Part shown: piece by piece, positions 8,379 through 19,633 of the stretch | Numbering within the stretch: position 1 is the stretch's first letter | How the letters are laid out: every line of letters begins with the position of its first letter | Source: Candidatus Subterrananammoxibius californiae | GTDB taxonomy: Bacteria > Planctomycetota > Brocadiia > Brocadiales > Subterrananammoxibiaceae | Direction: 5' to 3' | Length of the DNA: 64,000 bases | Assembly: GCA_030586555.1 (NCBI GenBank) | Contig: JAURAC010000004.1 | Location: forward strand, 69,056 to 133,055 | Program-made: the position numbers and the translations under genes | The notes under the pieces: model-generated | The model's input: the letters and a program-made list of their open reading frames with translations, nothing else | Database searches by the model: none | Told to the model about the DNA's origin: nothing

Positions 8379-11336
8379 TTATCCTTCTATAATCTCCCTC
8401 TCCTTCTCCGTTATCCCGTACAATTCATAGACCAGCTCGTCAATCCTTTCATCCGCCACAGCAATCTCACTCTCAACAGCCTCCCGCTCCGATGATGCGG
8501 GCAAGGCTTGCTTCTTCCTGTTCAGCTCCAGCATGCGTTCAACCAATCCAACCAATCTGTCATGCATAGCTCTTTCCTTCAGGTCGTCAAAATTAATGGT
8601 GCGGATGGGGAGTTTCCCCAAATATTCAAATATAAGTTGATACCCATTTTGAATTTGTGTACAAAAATTGGAAATTAAAAGCCATCCAAGCATTGAATTT
8701 AGTATCCCTAATAGGTATTTATCATCCTTGGGCATAATCCAAACGGCATTGTTTGCATATGTTCCAGCCGAATCAAAGGTAAACGCAGGTTTTACTTGGA
8801 AAACCAAGTACATTATCTTCGGCTTTTCGAATTCAGCATAGTAATCAATAGCATCCTGTATTTCATACCATTGGTAGGAGCCTGGCTTTCTTCCTTTCCA
8901 ATCGTCGCCTTGCCAGTCCTTTGGCTTTGGCATAAGCTTTTCTTTAAATTGCTTCAAATGCCTTTCAATCGCAGGATACATTTTTATATTAACGCCACGC
9001 CGAGTAAATATAAGGTATTTATTGCTTTGATGCGGTTGATAACGCTTAATGTCCCGTCCTATCAAAAAGGGCTTAATTAATTCTACACTTTTTGGGTCTT
9101 CAGCAATCAACCTATTTCGTGTCTCTCGGTCAATAACAAATGCTTTATTGAATCCCGTAAGAACCCCTCGATATATTTTCCCTTTAACGTAGTCACCCAA
9201 AGGAATACCTACTGCTTGCAATTTAGATAATAGTTGTTGTATGCGTTCATTAGCTAAAGACCAACCTTTAGCACTTAAAGAAGTTTGTTTAACGCTATAA
9301 CTGTTTGTTTGAACATAAGATTCTAAGTTATCAAAATCAAGTGTCTTAACCTGAGTAACTTTGAAAATAGACCGCGGAGAATCATTGCGAATTCGGATAA
9401 TACAAGGATATGTGGTAGCACCTTGAAAAACAGGCAAATCTCCAAAATCGATTATTTCTTCTATCCGTTTTTGCTTCATCCAATAACGTAATGGTTCGCC
9501 ATAGTTAGTACGCATCCATTTATTGGCTACAATATAGCTAAAGATTCCGCCTGGCTTTAACAGCGACACTCCACGTTCAATAAAATATGAATAAAGATCC
9601 GCCATACCATGAAACACATTATATTTTTGTTGAAAGTACTCCTTAAACGCCTCCAACATTTCTTGCCTTACATAAGGTGGATTCCCTATCACACAATCAA
9701 AGCCGCCCTTTGCCATTATCTCACCGAAGCCTACCGATTTGGAGTTCCAGTCAAATGGGTTTATTCGCTCCCTTTCTTCGTCAGGAAATAGTTTTCCCTG
9801 GTCGAAAATGTCGTAGCCTATGAGGGAGTTACCGCACTTGATGTTGTTTGAAAGGATGGGCAATAAGCCCTGTTTTTGGGGAAGACTGCGTTCACCCTCC
9901 AGTTCCTTCAGGTAAAGGCTCATCATGGTAATCTCAACCGCCTGAGGGTCTATGTCCACCCCAAAGATATTGTTCTTGAGTATGCGTCCTTTCTTAATTA
10001 TAGATAGCCTGTAGTTATCCTCCGCATCCCTGATTAAATCAGGAAAGAGAGGATGGGTTTCTGCTTCCTTTGGGTGTTCGCGATAATATTGGATGTGATA
10101 GTCAATAAGGTATTGAAACGCACCCAGTAAAAAGGAACCCGAACCGCAGGCAGGGTCTAAAAGCCTGAGCTTTTCTATCTGTTTTGGGGTCTTACCTGTT
10201 ATTAGCTTGCCCACCGTATTTTCAACTATGTACTTTACTATGTATTGGGGCGTATAATATACTCCGCCTGCCTTGCGCACCTCGGGCTTTTCTTCAACCT
10301 TTACCCTGCCCCCGGGCGTTACCCTTATGGTATTTCCCAGATACCGCTCATATATACTGCCGAGGAGTTCTACGCCAATGATGTCAAACAGATAAGGGCT
10401 GTTGGGGAAATACAGTTCTTCAATAATATTTGCCAGGCGGTGGGAATCTACCTCATACTGCTCGCAGGCATGGGGTTTGAAGATGTCTCCATTGAGGTCT
10501 GCATTTATCTCCCTGAAGAGGTTATTTAAATGATACTGGATGGGTCTCCTCTTTCCTTCAGCCTTCCATAGTTCGGTTATCTCAAAGAGGGTTCTTGGCT
10601 TTATGATATTCCTATCCTCGGCAATGCGGATAAAAACGATGCGGTCTAACAAGCGCTGAACTACCTCATTTAATGTCCTTACGCTGATACTACTGTTATG
10701 CCTATAAACGTCCTTTGCCAGTTCCTCACGCCAGAGGCTCATATCCTGGAGGAATTTCTTATCCACAGGGATGCGCTGTCTCTTGCTACTTGCATCCTTC
10801 AAGAGAAGTCTATCCAGTGAACCCTGAGCTACTGCTTCTTTGGAGAGGAGGAGAAGTTTTTCTATATTATTAAGGTAGTCGGTATATTTGAGGTCAATAA
10901 TGATGCCCTGAAGCGGATTTCTTTTATCGGGAGGTAGGGAGGCATCGAAAAGCTTGAGTTCCTCAAAGTCGGTGAGGACTACGATAAAGACCTCTTTGGT
11001 ATTCCAGGCATAGGATTTAGCTTGAAGTATATGCTTGACGGTATCCAAGGACTCGGAAGGGGCTTTTGCCTCTACGAAGAATTTGCTGATGCCATTCAGT
11101 CGGAAGTTATAATCTGGTCTGCCTGTGGTTTCTCCCTTTTCAACTAAAACCTCCCGTTCAAAAGGGGATAGTTTTTTCTCGTTTGAGATGTCCCAGTCCA
11201 GAGTCTCAAAGAAGGGGTCTATAAAGTCCTGCCTAACTTGGGCTTCTATGTAGTCTTTAGAAAGGTAATGATGCTTGTCCCTCTCAAATTTTTCTACTAA
11301 GTTTTGTATATGTTCTTTGACCTCAGATGTGTTCAT
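8379..11336 (-). CDS. Type IIG (Eco57I-like) fused restriction endonuclease / N6-adenine methyltransferase with TaqI-like C-terminal specificity domain
   Basis: RPDY..FFVEAK nuclease motif, GVYYTP, LDPACGSG (motif I), IGNPPY (motif IV), YLLGILNS; 985 aa. Confidence 0.92.
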   Translation of the reverse strand: MNTSEVKEHIQNLVEKFERDKHHYLSKDYIEAQVRQDFIDPFFETLDWDISNEKKLSPFEREVLVEKGETTGRPDYNFRLNGISKFFVEAKAPSESLDTVKHILQAKSYAWNTKEVFIVVLTDFEELKLFDASLPPDKRNPLQGIIIDLKYTDYLNNIEKLLLLSKEAVAQGSLDRLLLKDASSKRQRIPVDKKFLQDMSLWREELAKDVYRHNSSISVRTLNEVVQRLLDRIVFIRIAEDRNIIKPRTLFEITELWKAEGKRRPIQYHLNNLFREINADLNGDIFKPHACEQYEVDSHRLANIIEELYFPNSPYLFDIIGVELLGSIYERYLGNTIRVTPGGRVKVEEKPEVRKAGGVYYTPQYIVKYIVENTVGKLITGKTPKQIEKLRLLDPACGSGSFLLGAFQYLIDYHIQYYREHPKEAETHPLFPDLIRDAEDNYRLSIIKKGRILKNNIFGVDIDPQAVEITMMSLYLKELEGERSLPQKQGLLPILSNNIKCGNSLIGYDIFDQGKLFPDEERERINPFDWNSKSVGFGEIMAKGGFDCVIGNPPYVRQEMLEAFKEYFQQKYNVFHGMADLYSYFIERGVSLLKPGGIFSYIVANKWMRTNYGEPLRYWMKQKRIEEIIDFGDLPVFQGATTYPCIIRIRNDSPRSIFKVTQVKTLDFDNLESYVQTNSYSVKQTSLSAKGWSLANERIQQLLSKLQAVGIPLGDYVKGKIYRGVLTGFNKAFVIDRETRNRLIAEDPKSVELIKPFLIGRDIKRYQPHQSNKYLIFTRRGVNIKMYPAIERHLKQFKEKLMPKPKDWQGDDWKGRKPGSYQWYEIQDAIDYYAEFEKPKIMYLVFQVKPAFTFDSAGTYANNAVWIMPKDDKYLLGILNSMLGWLLISNFCTQIQNGYQLIFEYLGKLPIRTINFDDLKERAMHDRLVGLVERMLELNRKKQALPASSEREAVESEIAVADERIDELVYELYGITEKEREIIEG

Positions 11337-11345
11337 AAAAGTAAG

Positions 11346-11383
11346 TTACGCCTTCACAAACCTCTTCCCCGCAAGCTGTTTTA
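11346..11383 (-). repeat. 38-bp duplicate of the dprA 3' end (direct repeat with 12280-12317)
   Basis: TTACGCCTTCACAAACCTCTT(C/T)CCCGCAAGCTGTTTTA, 37 of 38 identical; encodes KQLAGKRFVKA-stop. Confidence 0.95.
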
Positions 11384-11418
11384 ATTTTGACCTTGTGTTT
11401 AAGCTATTTAAATCTATC

Positions 11419-11889
11419 CTATGATTCTCCGGATAGGTGTATCAGTTTTGGCAATGTCTCATCAACAAATGAAGCAGGACTAACTATCTTAATAGATAAT
11501 CCAGCTTTTCTTAACATCTGTGTGTCGAAATCCTTTATGTTTCCCGTGATAAGGTAATCTGCATGCCAGGACAAGGCTGATGCCAGGACGGGTGCATCTT
11601 TTGCGTTAATCCATTGGGCAATAGTGTCAACACTCTTTCTATTGGGTAACGGTAATAGCTTTAGTCTTATTGTTGGAAAATACGTCTTAAAGACAGGTAA
11701 TGCTTTAGGGAGTTTAGTATTAAGATTTCGCTCTATTTCCATCATGTTATATTCCCCTGTGGCTCCTGATAGAAATGGCAGCCCCAGGCTCAATATATCA
11801 AGTAGAACCCTGGGCGCCCCCTTGTCCGATAAAAGCCCGGAAAGAATAACATTGGAGTCGAGGAATACCTTAACGTGCCTTCTTTTCAT
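11419..11889 (-). CDS. PIN-domain (VapC-like) toxin
   Basis: VFLDSNVILSG, EIERNL, KDAPVLASA, YLITGNIKDF. Confidence 0.88.
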   Translation of the reverse strand: MKRRHVKVFLDSNVILSGLLSDKGAPRVLLDILSLGLPFLSGATGEYNMMEIERNLNTKLPKALPVFKTYFPTIRLKLLPLPNRKSVDTIAQWINAKDAPVLASALSWHADYLITGNIKDFDTQMLRKAGLSIKIVSPASFVDETLPKLIHLSGES

Positions 11890-12157
11890 ATATCTCTTTG
11901 TAGACGGATTCCCTTGCCCCCTTTAACCCCTTAAATACCTCTTCAGGCGAAAGTCCGGACTCTTTTAATATTCTGGCTATTTGCCTTCTGGCTTCATCAA
12001 GCCGAAGCCTTTTAGGGGTGACAAGTATGGTATCTCCAACGGCTATTACAGTAACAGCTTGACCTTCCTCAAGGTGTGTGGCATCACGAATTTGCTTTGG
12101 GATTATTATCTGCCCTCTTGGCTTAATCTCTGTAACTACAGGTTTTAATGTTGACAT
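11870..12157 (-). CDS. AbrB/MazE/SpoVT-family antitoxin
   Basis: RGQIIIPKQIRD..LEEG motif; overlaps the PIN gene. Confidence 0.88.
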   Translation of the reverse strand: MSTLKPVVTEIKPRGQIIIPKQIRDATHLEEGQAVTVIAVGDTILVTPKRLRLDEARRQIARILKESGLSPEEVFKGLKGARESVYKEIYEKKAR

Positions 12158-12279
12158 ACGCCCTCCTTATTCTAATTTCTAAAATTTGTAATCGGAAAAG
12201 CCTTTTAGCGATTTAAGTCAATACCTGGGTACTACAAGATGTATTATACCAGCAATCTTCCCAAAAAACGCATAATTCT

Positions 12280-13380
12280 TTACGCCTTCACAAACCTCTT
12301 TCCCGCAAGCTGTTTTATGAGCTTCTTTATCTCAAGAATCATGAGTGTGCTTGCAACGTTAGATGGGGATAGACCTGTAACCGCTGTAATTTCATCAATA
12401 TTCATTGGGTTGCTTGATAAGATAGAGAATATCTTCTTTTCTTGCTCGTTCAATGCAAGGCTTCTCGGGTCTTCTATACTTTGTCCTTCCGGCGTTCTGA
12501 GTGTTTCCGCAAGCGGTCCCAGTTCCTCTATTATGTCATCCACGCATTCGACAAGTTTTGCACCTTCCTTAATAAGTTTGTGCGTTCCCTTGCTATAAGG
12601 GCTATCAATATTGCCAGGGACGGCAAACACCTCTTTCCCCTGCTCCAGCGCCCATTGCGCTGTAATGCTGGAGCCGCTTCCCAGAGAAGCCTCAACCACT
12701 ATTACACCCAAGGATAATCCGCTGATTAGTCTATTCCTCGGAGGAAAATTTCTACCATCCGGCGGGGTTCTCATGGGCAGTTCAGATACGAGCGCTCCAT
12801 TTTCAGCAATCCTCTCTGCAAGCTCCTTGTGTTCTGGGGGGTATATTGCACTCATGCCATTACCTAACACAGCAATTGTCCTTCCCCCTACCTTTAAGGC
12901 GCCTCTATGGGCGGCGGCATCAATACCCCTCGCCAACCCGCTGACTATGCAAAAACCCATGCCTGTTAGAGAGGCGCTCATCCTTTCTGCCTGTGATTGC
13001 CCATAGTAAGTGCCCCTTCGAGAGCCGACTATTGCAAGGGCAATTGCATCTGTTTCTTTCACCGCTCCCTTAATATAAAGGACTACCGGAGGGTCGTAGA
13101 TAGATTTAAGATTCTGCGGATAATTATTGCTGGTATAAGGGACTATCTCAACGCCCATTTCTCTGGCAAGATTTAACTCGGTATCTATGTCAACATTCCT
13201 TGAGGCTTGAGTTATTCTTTCTGCCAGTTCTTCTCCTACGCCTTCAACCTCTCTGAGTTCCCTTTTAGATACGCCAAGGATGGTCTTTGGCGAGCCAAAC
13301 CTTTCCAATAACCTCTTGTAGGTTATTACGCCAATCCCCTTGGTCATATTGAGTCGTATGAGGTCTTCGAGTTCTGCCAT
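12280..13380 (-). CDS. dprA: DNA-processing protein DprA
   Basis: YPQNLKSIYDPP, AIVGSR, IVSGLARGIDAAAH, FPPRNRLISGLS; start set at ATG 13380. Confidence 0.96.
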   Translation of the reverse strand: MAELEDLIRLNMTKGIGVITYKRLLERFGSPKTILGVSKRELREVEGVGEELAERITQASRNVDIDTELNLAREMGVEIVPYTSNNYPQNLKSIYDPPVVLYIKGAVKETDAIALAIVGSRRGTYYGQSQAERMSASLTGMGFCIVSGLARGIDAAAHRGALKVGGRTIAVLGNGMSAIYPPEHKELAERIAENGALVSELPMRTPPDGRNFPPRNRLISGLSLGVIVVEASLGSGSSITAQWALEQGKEVFAVPGNIDSPYSKGTHKLIKEGAKLVECVDDIIEELGPLAETLRTPEGQSIEDPRSLALNEQEKKIFSILSSNPMNIDEITAVTGLSPSNVASTLMILEIKKLIKQLAGKRFVKA

Positions 13381-13471
13381 AGAAGAAACCTTCAGGGAAT
13401 AAGACAGCAAGACTGCTTGTGCAATGGTAAATTTGGCAAGGAAATCGTGCGTATCTAAAGGTCAACACTGA

Positions 13472-13687
13472 TTATGCTAAGGCTTTCTCTTTGCCTTTTA
13501 ACTCATATAATATACCCTGTGGCTCTGCCACCTGTTCAGAAGCGTCCATAATCTCAATAGATACAATCTTGCCACTCTTATTATAGTCAATGATTACTCC
13601 ATCCCTTACCTCATCACTCTCAGAAATTTTCTCGTCTCTAAGGATAATGCTTAAAGTATCAGTCTCGGGGTCGAATATTACTTTCAT
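13472..13687 (-). CDS. DUF2283-family small protein (putative antitoxin)
   Basis: MKVIFDPETDTLSIIL..GVIIDYNKSGKIVSIEIMDAS. Confidence 0.85.
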   Translation of the reverse strand: MKVIFDPETDTLSIILRDEKISESDEVRDGVIIDYNKSGKIVSIEIMDASEQVAEPQGILYELKGKEKALA

Positions 13688-13689
13688 AG

Positions 13690-13955
13690 TCAGTTCTCTC
13701 TCTTCCAATATTTATTAACCTTGGATGTTTTATAAACCGTATAACTCTAAATTCCGTTCCATACTCTTTTCCTATTACCCTTAAAAGCATTTCTTTACCT
13801 TCCACTTCGTCAAAATATCTGTTTTGTACTATAACACGTCCTTTTTTAGAAGGCAATTTTTGTTTCGGGCTTTCAACTACAGATTTAATAAGCTCTTCAG
13901 AGATATCTCTTCTATTCGCCTCAAATCTTGCATGGTCAGTTACTATAATCTTCAT
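13690..13955 (-). pseudogene. DUF4258-like (RelE/BrnT-type) putative toxin with a 1-nt frameshift near 13740
   Basis: TDHARFEANRRDIS N-terminus; the expected C-terminus TVYKTSKVNKYWKREN-stop lies in a different frame. Confidence 0.7.
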
Positions 13956-13973
13956 CTAATGCATTTAGGAAGT

Positions 13974-15047
13974 TTATTCCAGCGTTCTCCTGATAACTTC
14001 TTCGGTTACCTTATCGGAGATAATCACCTCGCCAATTTTTGTAGGTAGAATAAATCTCAGCCTTCCACCTAGGGTCTTTTTATCCAGGTATAATGTGTTT
14101 ATAATATCATCTGGTTTAATCTCACGATTCTCCGTTGGCATACCCAGCCTTTTTAGTAATGATATTTGCCGCATGGATACAGTTTCATCTGCCAGACCCA
14201 TAATTACAGCCATCTTACTTGCGTACGCCATTCCAATTGCCACAGCCTCGCCGTGCCTGTATTTTTTATATTCTGTAAGCGCCTCAAGGGCATGTCCAAT
14301 GGTGTGGCCATAATTTAGTATTGCCCTCAGTCCTGCCTCCCTTTCGTCTTCCTCAACGACCCTTGCCTTTATGTTGCACGATTTTGATATTATTGTTTTC
14401 AAGGCATCGTCATTTAGCTCAAGGATTTTGGGAAGGCTCTTTTCTACATAATCAAAAAGGGATGCATCCCTTATTACGCCATATTTTATAACCTCGACCA
14501 TACCCGCCAGCAATTCAGCCCTTGGGAGGGTTGAGAGTGTAACCGTATCAATAAAGACTGCAATGGGTTGATAAAAACTGCCAATCATATTCTTGCCACG
14601 AGGGTGATTAACGCCAACCTTTCCTCCAACGCTGCTATCAACCTGGGCAAGGAGCGACGTTGGTACTTGAACAAAAGGCACACCCCTCATAAACGTGGAT
14701 GCAGCAAAGCCTGCCACATCACCTACCACACCCCCACCGAGGGCAATCACAAGGGACTTACGGTCCATCCCATGGTCAAAAAACGCATCGTAAAGCACCT
14801 CTACAGTAGAAAGGGTCTTCTTCTCTTCCCCGGGCTCCATAGACACAACCTTAACATCAAACTTGTGTGCTGCAAGACCTTTTGATACAATATCAGCATA
14901 TAATGCGTTAACATTTTTATCGGTGATAATCAGCGTTTTACAGGGCTTCGTCAATCTTATAATAAAATCACCGAGCTGACTCAGGATATTTTTCCCAATA
15001 GTTATCTGATAGCTTCTCTCACCAAGATTAACAGGTATTTTGTTCAT
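13974..15047 (-). CDS. aroB: 3-dehydroquinate synthase
   Basis: ALGGGVVGDVAGF, VPTSLLAQVDSSVGGK, LNYGHTIGHALE; real start MNKIPV at 15047. Confidence 0.96.
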   Translation of the reverse strand: MNKIPVNLGERSYQITIGKNILSQLGDFIIRLTKPCKTLIITDKNVNALYADIVSKGLAAHKFDVKVVSMEPGEEKKTLSTVEVLYDAFFDHGMDRKSLVIALGGGVVGDVAGFAASTFMRGVPFVQVPTSLLAQVDSSVGGKVGVNHPRGKNMIGSFYQPIAVFIDTVTLSTLPRAELLAGMVEVIKYGVIRDASLFDYVEKSLPKILELNDDALKTIISKSCNIKARVVEEDEREAGLRAILNYGHTIGHALEALTEYKKYRHGEAVAIGMAYASKMAVIMGLADETVSMRQISLLKRLGMPTENREIKPDDIINTLYLDKKTLGGRLRFILPTKIGEVIISDKVTEEVIRRTLE

Positions 15048-15104
15048 AATGATGTCAGGATATTGACTTATGTATCTCATGTCAAGCAAAAACCTTGAGG
15101 GTGT

Positions 15105-16472
15105 ATGGGGATAACTACCAACTTCTCTTCCTATCAAGAAGCAACAACCTTCCTTTTTCAAGCAGTTGACTTCGAGAAGCTGACAAAGTACAAGTACGAC
15201 ATCCCCAATTTTAATCTCGATAGAATGGAACGTCTGCTTGCTTCTGTAGGAAACCCGCACAAAGGCTTGAAAGCAGTCCATATTGCAGGGACAAAAGGCA
15301 AAGGCTCAACTGCTATTATAATTGCGTCTATACTGAAAGAGCTTGGGCTTTGCACCGGCCTTTTTACATCACCTCATCTTGTCCATCTTGAGGAGAGAAT
15401 CTGCATTAATGGAGAAATCATTTCACGGGATGAGGTTTGCAGATTGCTGGGCGAACTCCGTCCATACATAGAAGAAGAAAGAAGGTTCAATCAAAAACTT
15501 TCGCCCACATTTTTTGAGATTATTACGGCGCTGGCATTCCTTTATTTCAAGAGAAAAAATGTAGATATAGCCGTTCTTGAGGTAGGCATGGGTGGCCGTC
15601 TGGACTCAACAAATGTGGTCCATCCCAATGTCTCCGTTATTACTAATATTGGCTTTGACCACACAGACAAGCTCGGAACGACGCTCTCACAAATAGCCTT
15701 TGAAAAGGCAGGAATAATTAAAGAAGGCATTCCCGTGGTATCCTCTGAACAACATCCGGAGGCGATGACTGTAATTGAGAAAACATGCAAAGAGAGAAAT
15801 TCTGAGCTACTGATTTTAGGCAGGGATATAAAGATTTTGAACAGTTCCCCCTTAACAATGGGCGCTTTTAATGGTATTAAGTGCAACATCAAGACCCATA
15901 CACACAGTTATAAAAACCTGTTCCTGCCCCTATTGGGAGAACACCAGCTCTCAAACTGCGCCGTTGCGCTTGGCGCAATAGACGTCCTCTCAGAACAAGG
16001 GCTAATCAAAATACATGAAGGATGCGTACGGCATGCGCTTACAACGGTAAGATGCCTTGCAAGGGTGGAGGTTGTATCACGTAAACCCTTAATAATACTT
16101 GATGCCGCCCACACAGTTGAATCAATCAAGGCACTGAAGCAGGCTTTGCAATCAAACTTCAAATTTAATAAATTAATCGTTTTAATGGGCATATCAAAGG
16201 ATAAAGATATTAACGGCATCCTTGCGGAGATTGTGCCTCTGGCAGATAGTATAATCTTCACAAGCTCCGACAGCCCCAGGGCAGCAAATCCCCACGAATT
16301 GGCAGAAAAAGCAAAGGTCTTATCTAACGTGAAGCATTTGATTGTCTTTAATAATATAGAAGACGCCTTTAACGAGGCAAAAAGGCTTGCCAGGGAAGAC
16401 GATTTGATTTGCATCACTGGTTCATTCTACGTAGCGGGGAAGGTAAAAGAAATTATGGATAAATGCAATTAA
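15105..16472 (+). CDS. folC: Bifunctional folylpolyglutamate/dihydrofolate synthase
   Basis: HIAGTKGKGST, FTSPHL, LEVGMGGRLDSTN, ILDAAH, ITGSFY. Confidence 0.95.
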   Translation: MGITTNFSSYQEATTFLFQAVDFEKLTKYKYDIPNFNLDRMERLLASVGNPHKGLKAVHIAGTKGKGSTAIIIASILKELGLCTGLFTSPHLVHLEERICINGEIISRDEVCRLLGELRPYIEEERRFNQKLSPTFFEIITALAFLYFKRKNVDIAVLEVGMGGRLDSTNVVHPNVSVITNIGFDHTDKLGTTLSQIAFEKAGIIKEGIPVVSSEQHPEAMTVIEKTCKERNSELLILGRDIKILNSSPLTMGAFNGIKCNIKTHTHSYKNLFLPLLGEHQLSNCAVALGAIDVLSEQGLIKIHEGCVRHALTTVRCLARVEVVSRKPLIILDAAHTVESIKALKQALQSNFKFNKLIVLMGISKDKDINGILAEIVPLADSIIFTSSDSPRAANPHELAEKAKVLSNVKHLIVFNNIEDAFNEAKRLAREDDLICITGSFYVAGKVKEIMDKCN

Positions 16473-16484
16473 GAAGCAAAAAAC

Positions 16485-16610
16485 TCAAAAAAGTGAGGGA
16501 CATATTTTTCGGAGGAAATCTTTTATCGAACACAAGAGCGGAAGAATATCATGCTTTATCTCCTGAGAATTAAAATCGTAGATTTTGTAAGAAGCCTTTT
16601 GTCCGGGCAT
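16485..16610 (-). pseudogene. 41-codon ORF, possible internally deleted HEPN-like gene remnant
   Basis: MPGQKASYKIYDFNSQEIKHDILPLLCSIKDFLRKICPSLF; ATG 4 nt after the upstream stop. Confidence 0.3.
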
Positions 16611-16614
16611 AAAT

Positions 16615-17031
16615 CTACCTTTGATTCTTAGGATAAATTAGCCTGGCGCCAGAGGCAAGTAATTCTTCTATATCTTCTGGTTCTGCTAAATGAAAATCAA
16701 AATGGAACTCTACCGAAGAAAAGTATTTGATTATCTCTATTTCTTGGTTATAAAGAGCATATCTTGCATTTTTATCATATCTCTGGAGAGATGTCCAAAT
16801 ACAAAAAGTATTCTCTTCTCTTACTAAAAATATTCTATCAACCACTTTAGCCTTAGATAATAACCCAGCAATCTTGTCATAAATATCATTAGTTGATACC
16901 CAAACAAATTCTATCTCTGAAGTATCTGGGGGATAAAGATTTTTTACGACAATTTCATATTCTTTTTCTTTTGATTTTGTATCAAACTCTTTAAAATCAC
17001 TGGTTATATAAGTTTTGGTTTCTAAGGCCAT
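16615..17031 (-). CDS. Hypothetical protein, possibly degenerate nucleotidyltransferase-like fold
   Basis: 138-aa AT-rich ORF coupled to the upstream gene; RIFL, CIWT, RYALYNQE, FDFHL pattern. Confidence 0.55.
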   Translation of the reverse strand: MALETKTYITSDFKEFDTKSKEKEYEIVVKNLYPPDTSEIEFVWVSTNDIYDKIAGLLSKAKVVDRIFLVREENTFCIWTSLQRYDKNARYALYNQEIEIIKYFSSVEFHFDFHLAEPEDIEELLASGARLIYPKNQR

Positions 17032-17032
17032 A

Positions 17033-17287
17033 TTAAATTTTCCTTTTAAGACTTTCTGGAGAAGTTATCGATGTCACATTTGTTGATTGAAATATATATA
17101 CTGGATTGCCTTCAGCGTCATATTCATCATCAATACGAAAAACTTTAGTGATAATTAATTTTATTCTTAGAACAGAACCGTCTTCAAGTAAGCAATGATT
17201 CCACTGTTCACTTGCCTGATTAATATCTATTGGAGTTGCATCCACTTCCCTTCCATCGGGAAGTTTTATTCTAACTTTATTTGACAT
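17033..17287 (-). CDS. Small beta-rich hypothetical protein
   Basis: 84 aa; EQWNHCLLEDGSVLRIK..DAEGNPVY; SD-like AAGGGG upstream. Confidence 0.7.
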   Translation of the reverse strand: MSNKVRIKLPDGREVDATPIDINQASEQWNHCLLEDGSVLRIKLIITKVFRIDDEYDAEGNPVYIFQSTNVTSITSPESLKRKI

Positions 17288-17522
17288 TTTAGCCCCTTGG
17301 TTTTACACTTTATTAAATAACACCTGTATCAGTGCTTTAAAGAAGGTAATGTCTTATAATTCCTGTGAACAAGAAAATTTTAAAAAACTATAGAGCGTAG
17401 CAGTTAAAATTAGTACGGCCTCAAATGTGGCGGCTAACTAATGGGGGCAAGCTTGTTTATAAACTTCTTTGCATCTTTTGCGCATTAGCTTAGTAACACC
17501 ACAAGGAAAATAAGTTTTTACC

Positions 17523-17891
17523 CTACTTGCTGCACTCTACAAAAGCCATTCTCAGGTCGTACATGAGGGACTTAAAATAGTTCTGCTCATCCTTTGTAAG
17601 ATTACCTTTCGTTTTCTCTTCCAATATATTCAGGATGTCAATTAAATACTTTGCCTGGTTGATGTCCTTTTCTTTTTGCTTTGTGAGAGGATTCTCTATC
17701 AGACCCAGAAGTATATATGACTGCGTGGCGAGTCCTGAAATAAAGAGTGTAAAATTTGCCTGCGGAATTTGTTTTTTACCCGTTGAAGGCGAGTCCGAAG
17801 AACTTGCTTTCAACTCTTCGTCAATTTTTTCTTTTTCCTGTTGAATCTGTTTTTTCCAGTCTTCGTCAATCTTTTTTTCTTCTTCTGTCAT
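17523..17891 (-). CDS. DUF1844-domain protein
   Basis: IDEDWK, ANFTLFISGL, AKYLIDIL..LEEKTKGNL. Confidence 0.88.
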   Translation of the reverse strand: MTEEEKKIDEDWKKQIQQEKEKIDEELKASSSDSPSTGKKQIPQANFTLFISGLATQSYILLGLIENPLTKQKEKDINQAKYLIDILNILEEKTKGNLTKDEQNYFKSLMYDLRMAFVECSK

Positions 17892-17952
17892 GTGCTATCT
17901 CCAAAATTGGTAATGGATAACAGGAAAAAACCTGCGACCCATGACCTATAAC

Positions 17953-19613
<1,661 letters not shown>

Positions 19614-19633
<20 letters not shown>

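Noticed and set aside
15048..15281. N-terminal extension of the aroB ORF in the track
   Set aside because: Overlaps divergent folC; homology and a promoter point to a start at 15047.
17430..17500. Minus-strand fragment reading AKDAKKFINKL, like a HEPN C-terminal helix
   Set aside because: Too short, with no start codon; cannot be told from chance.
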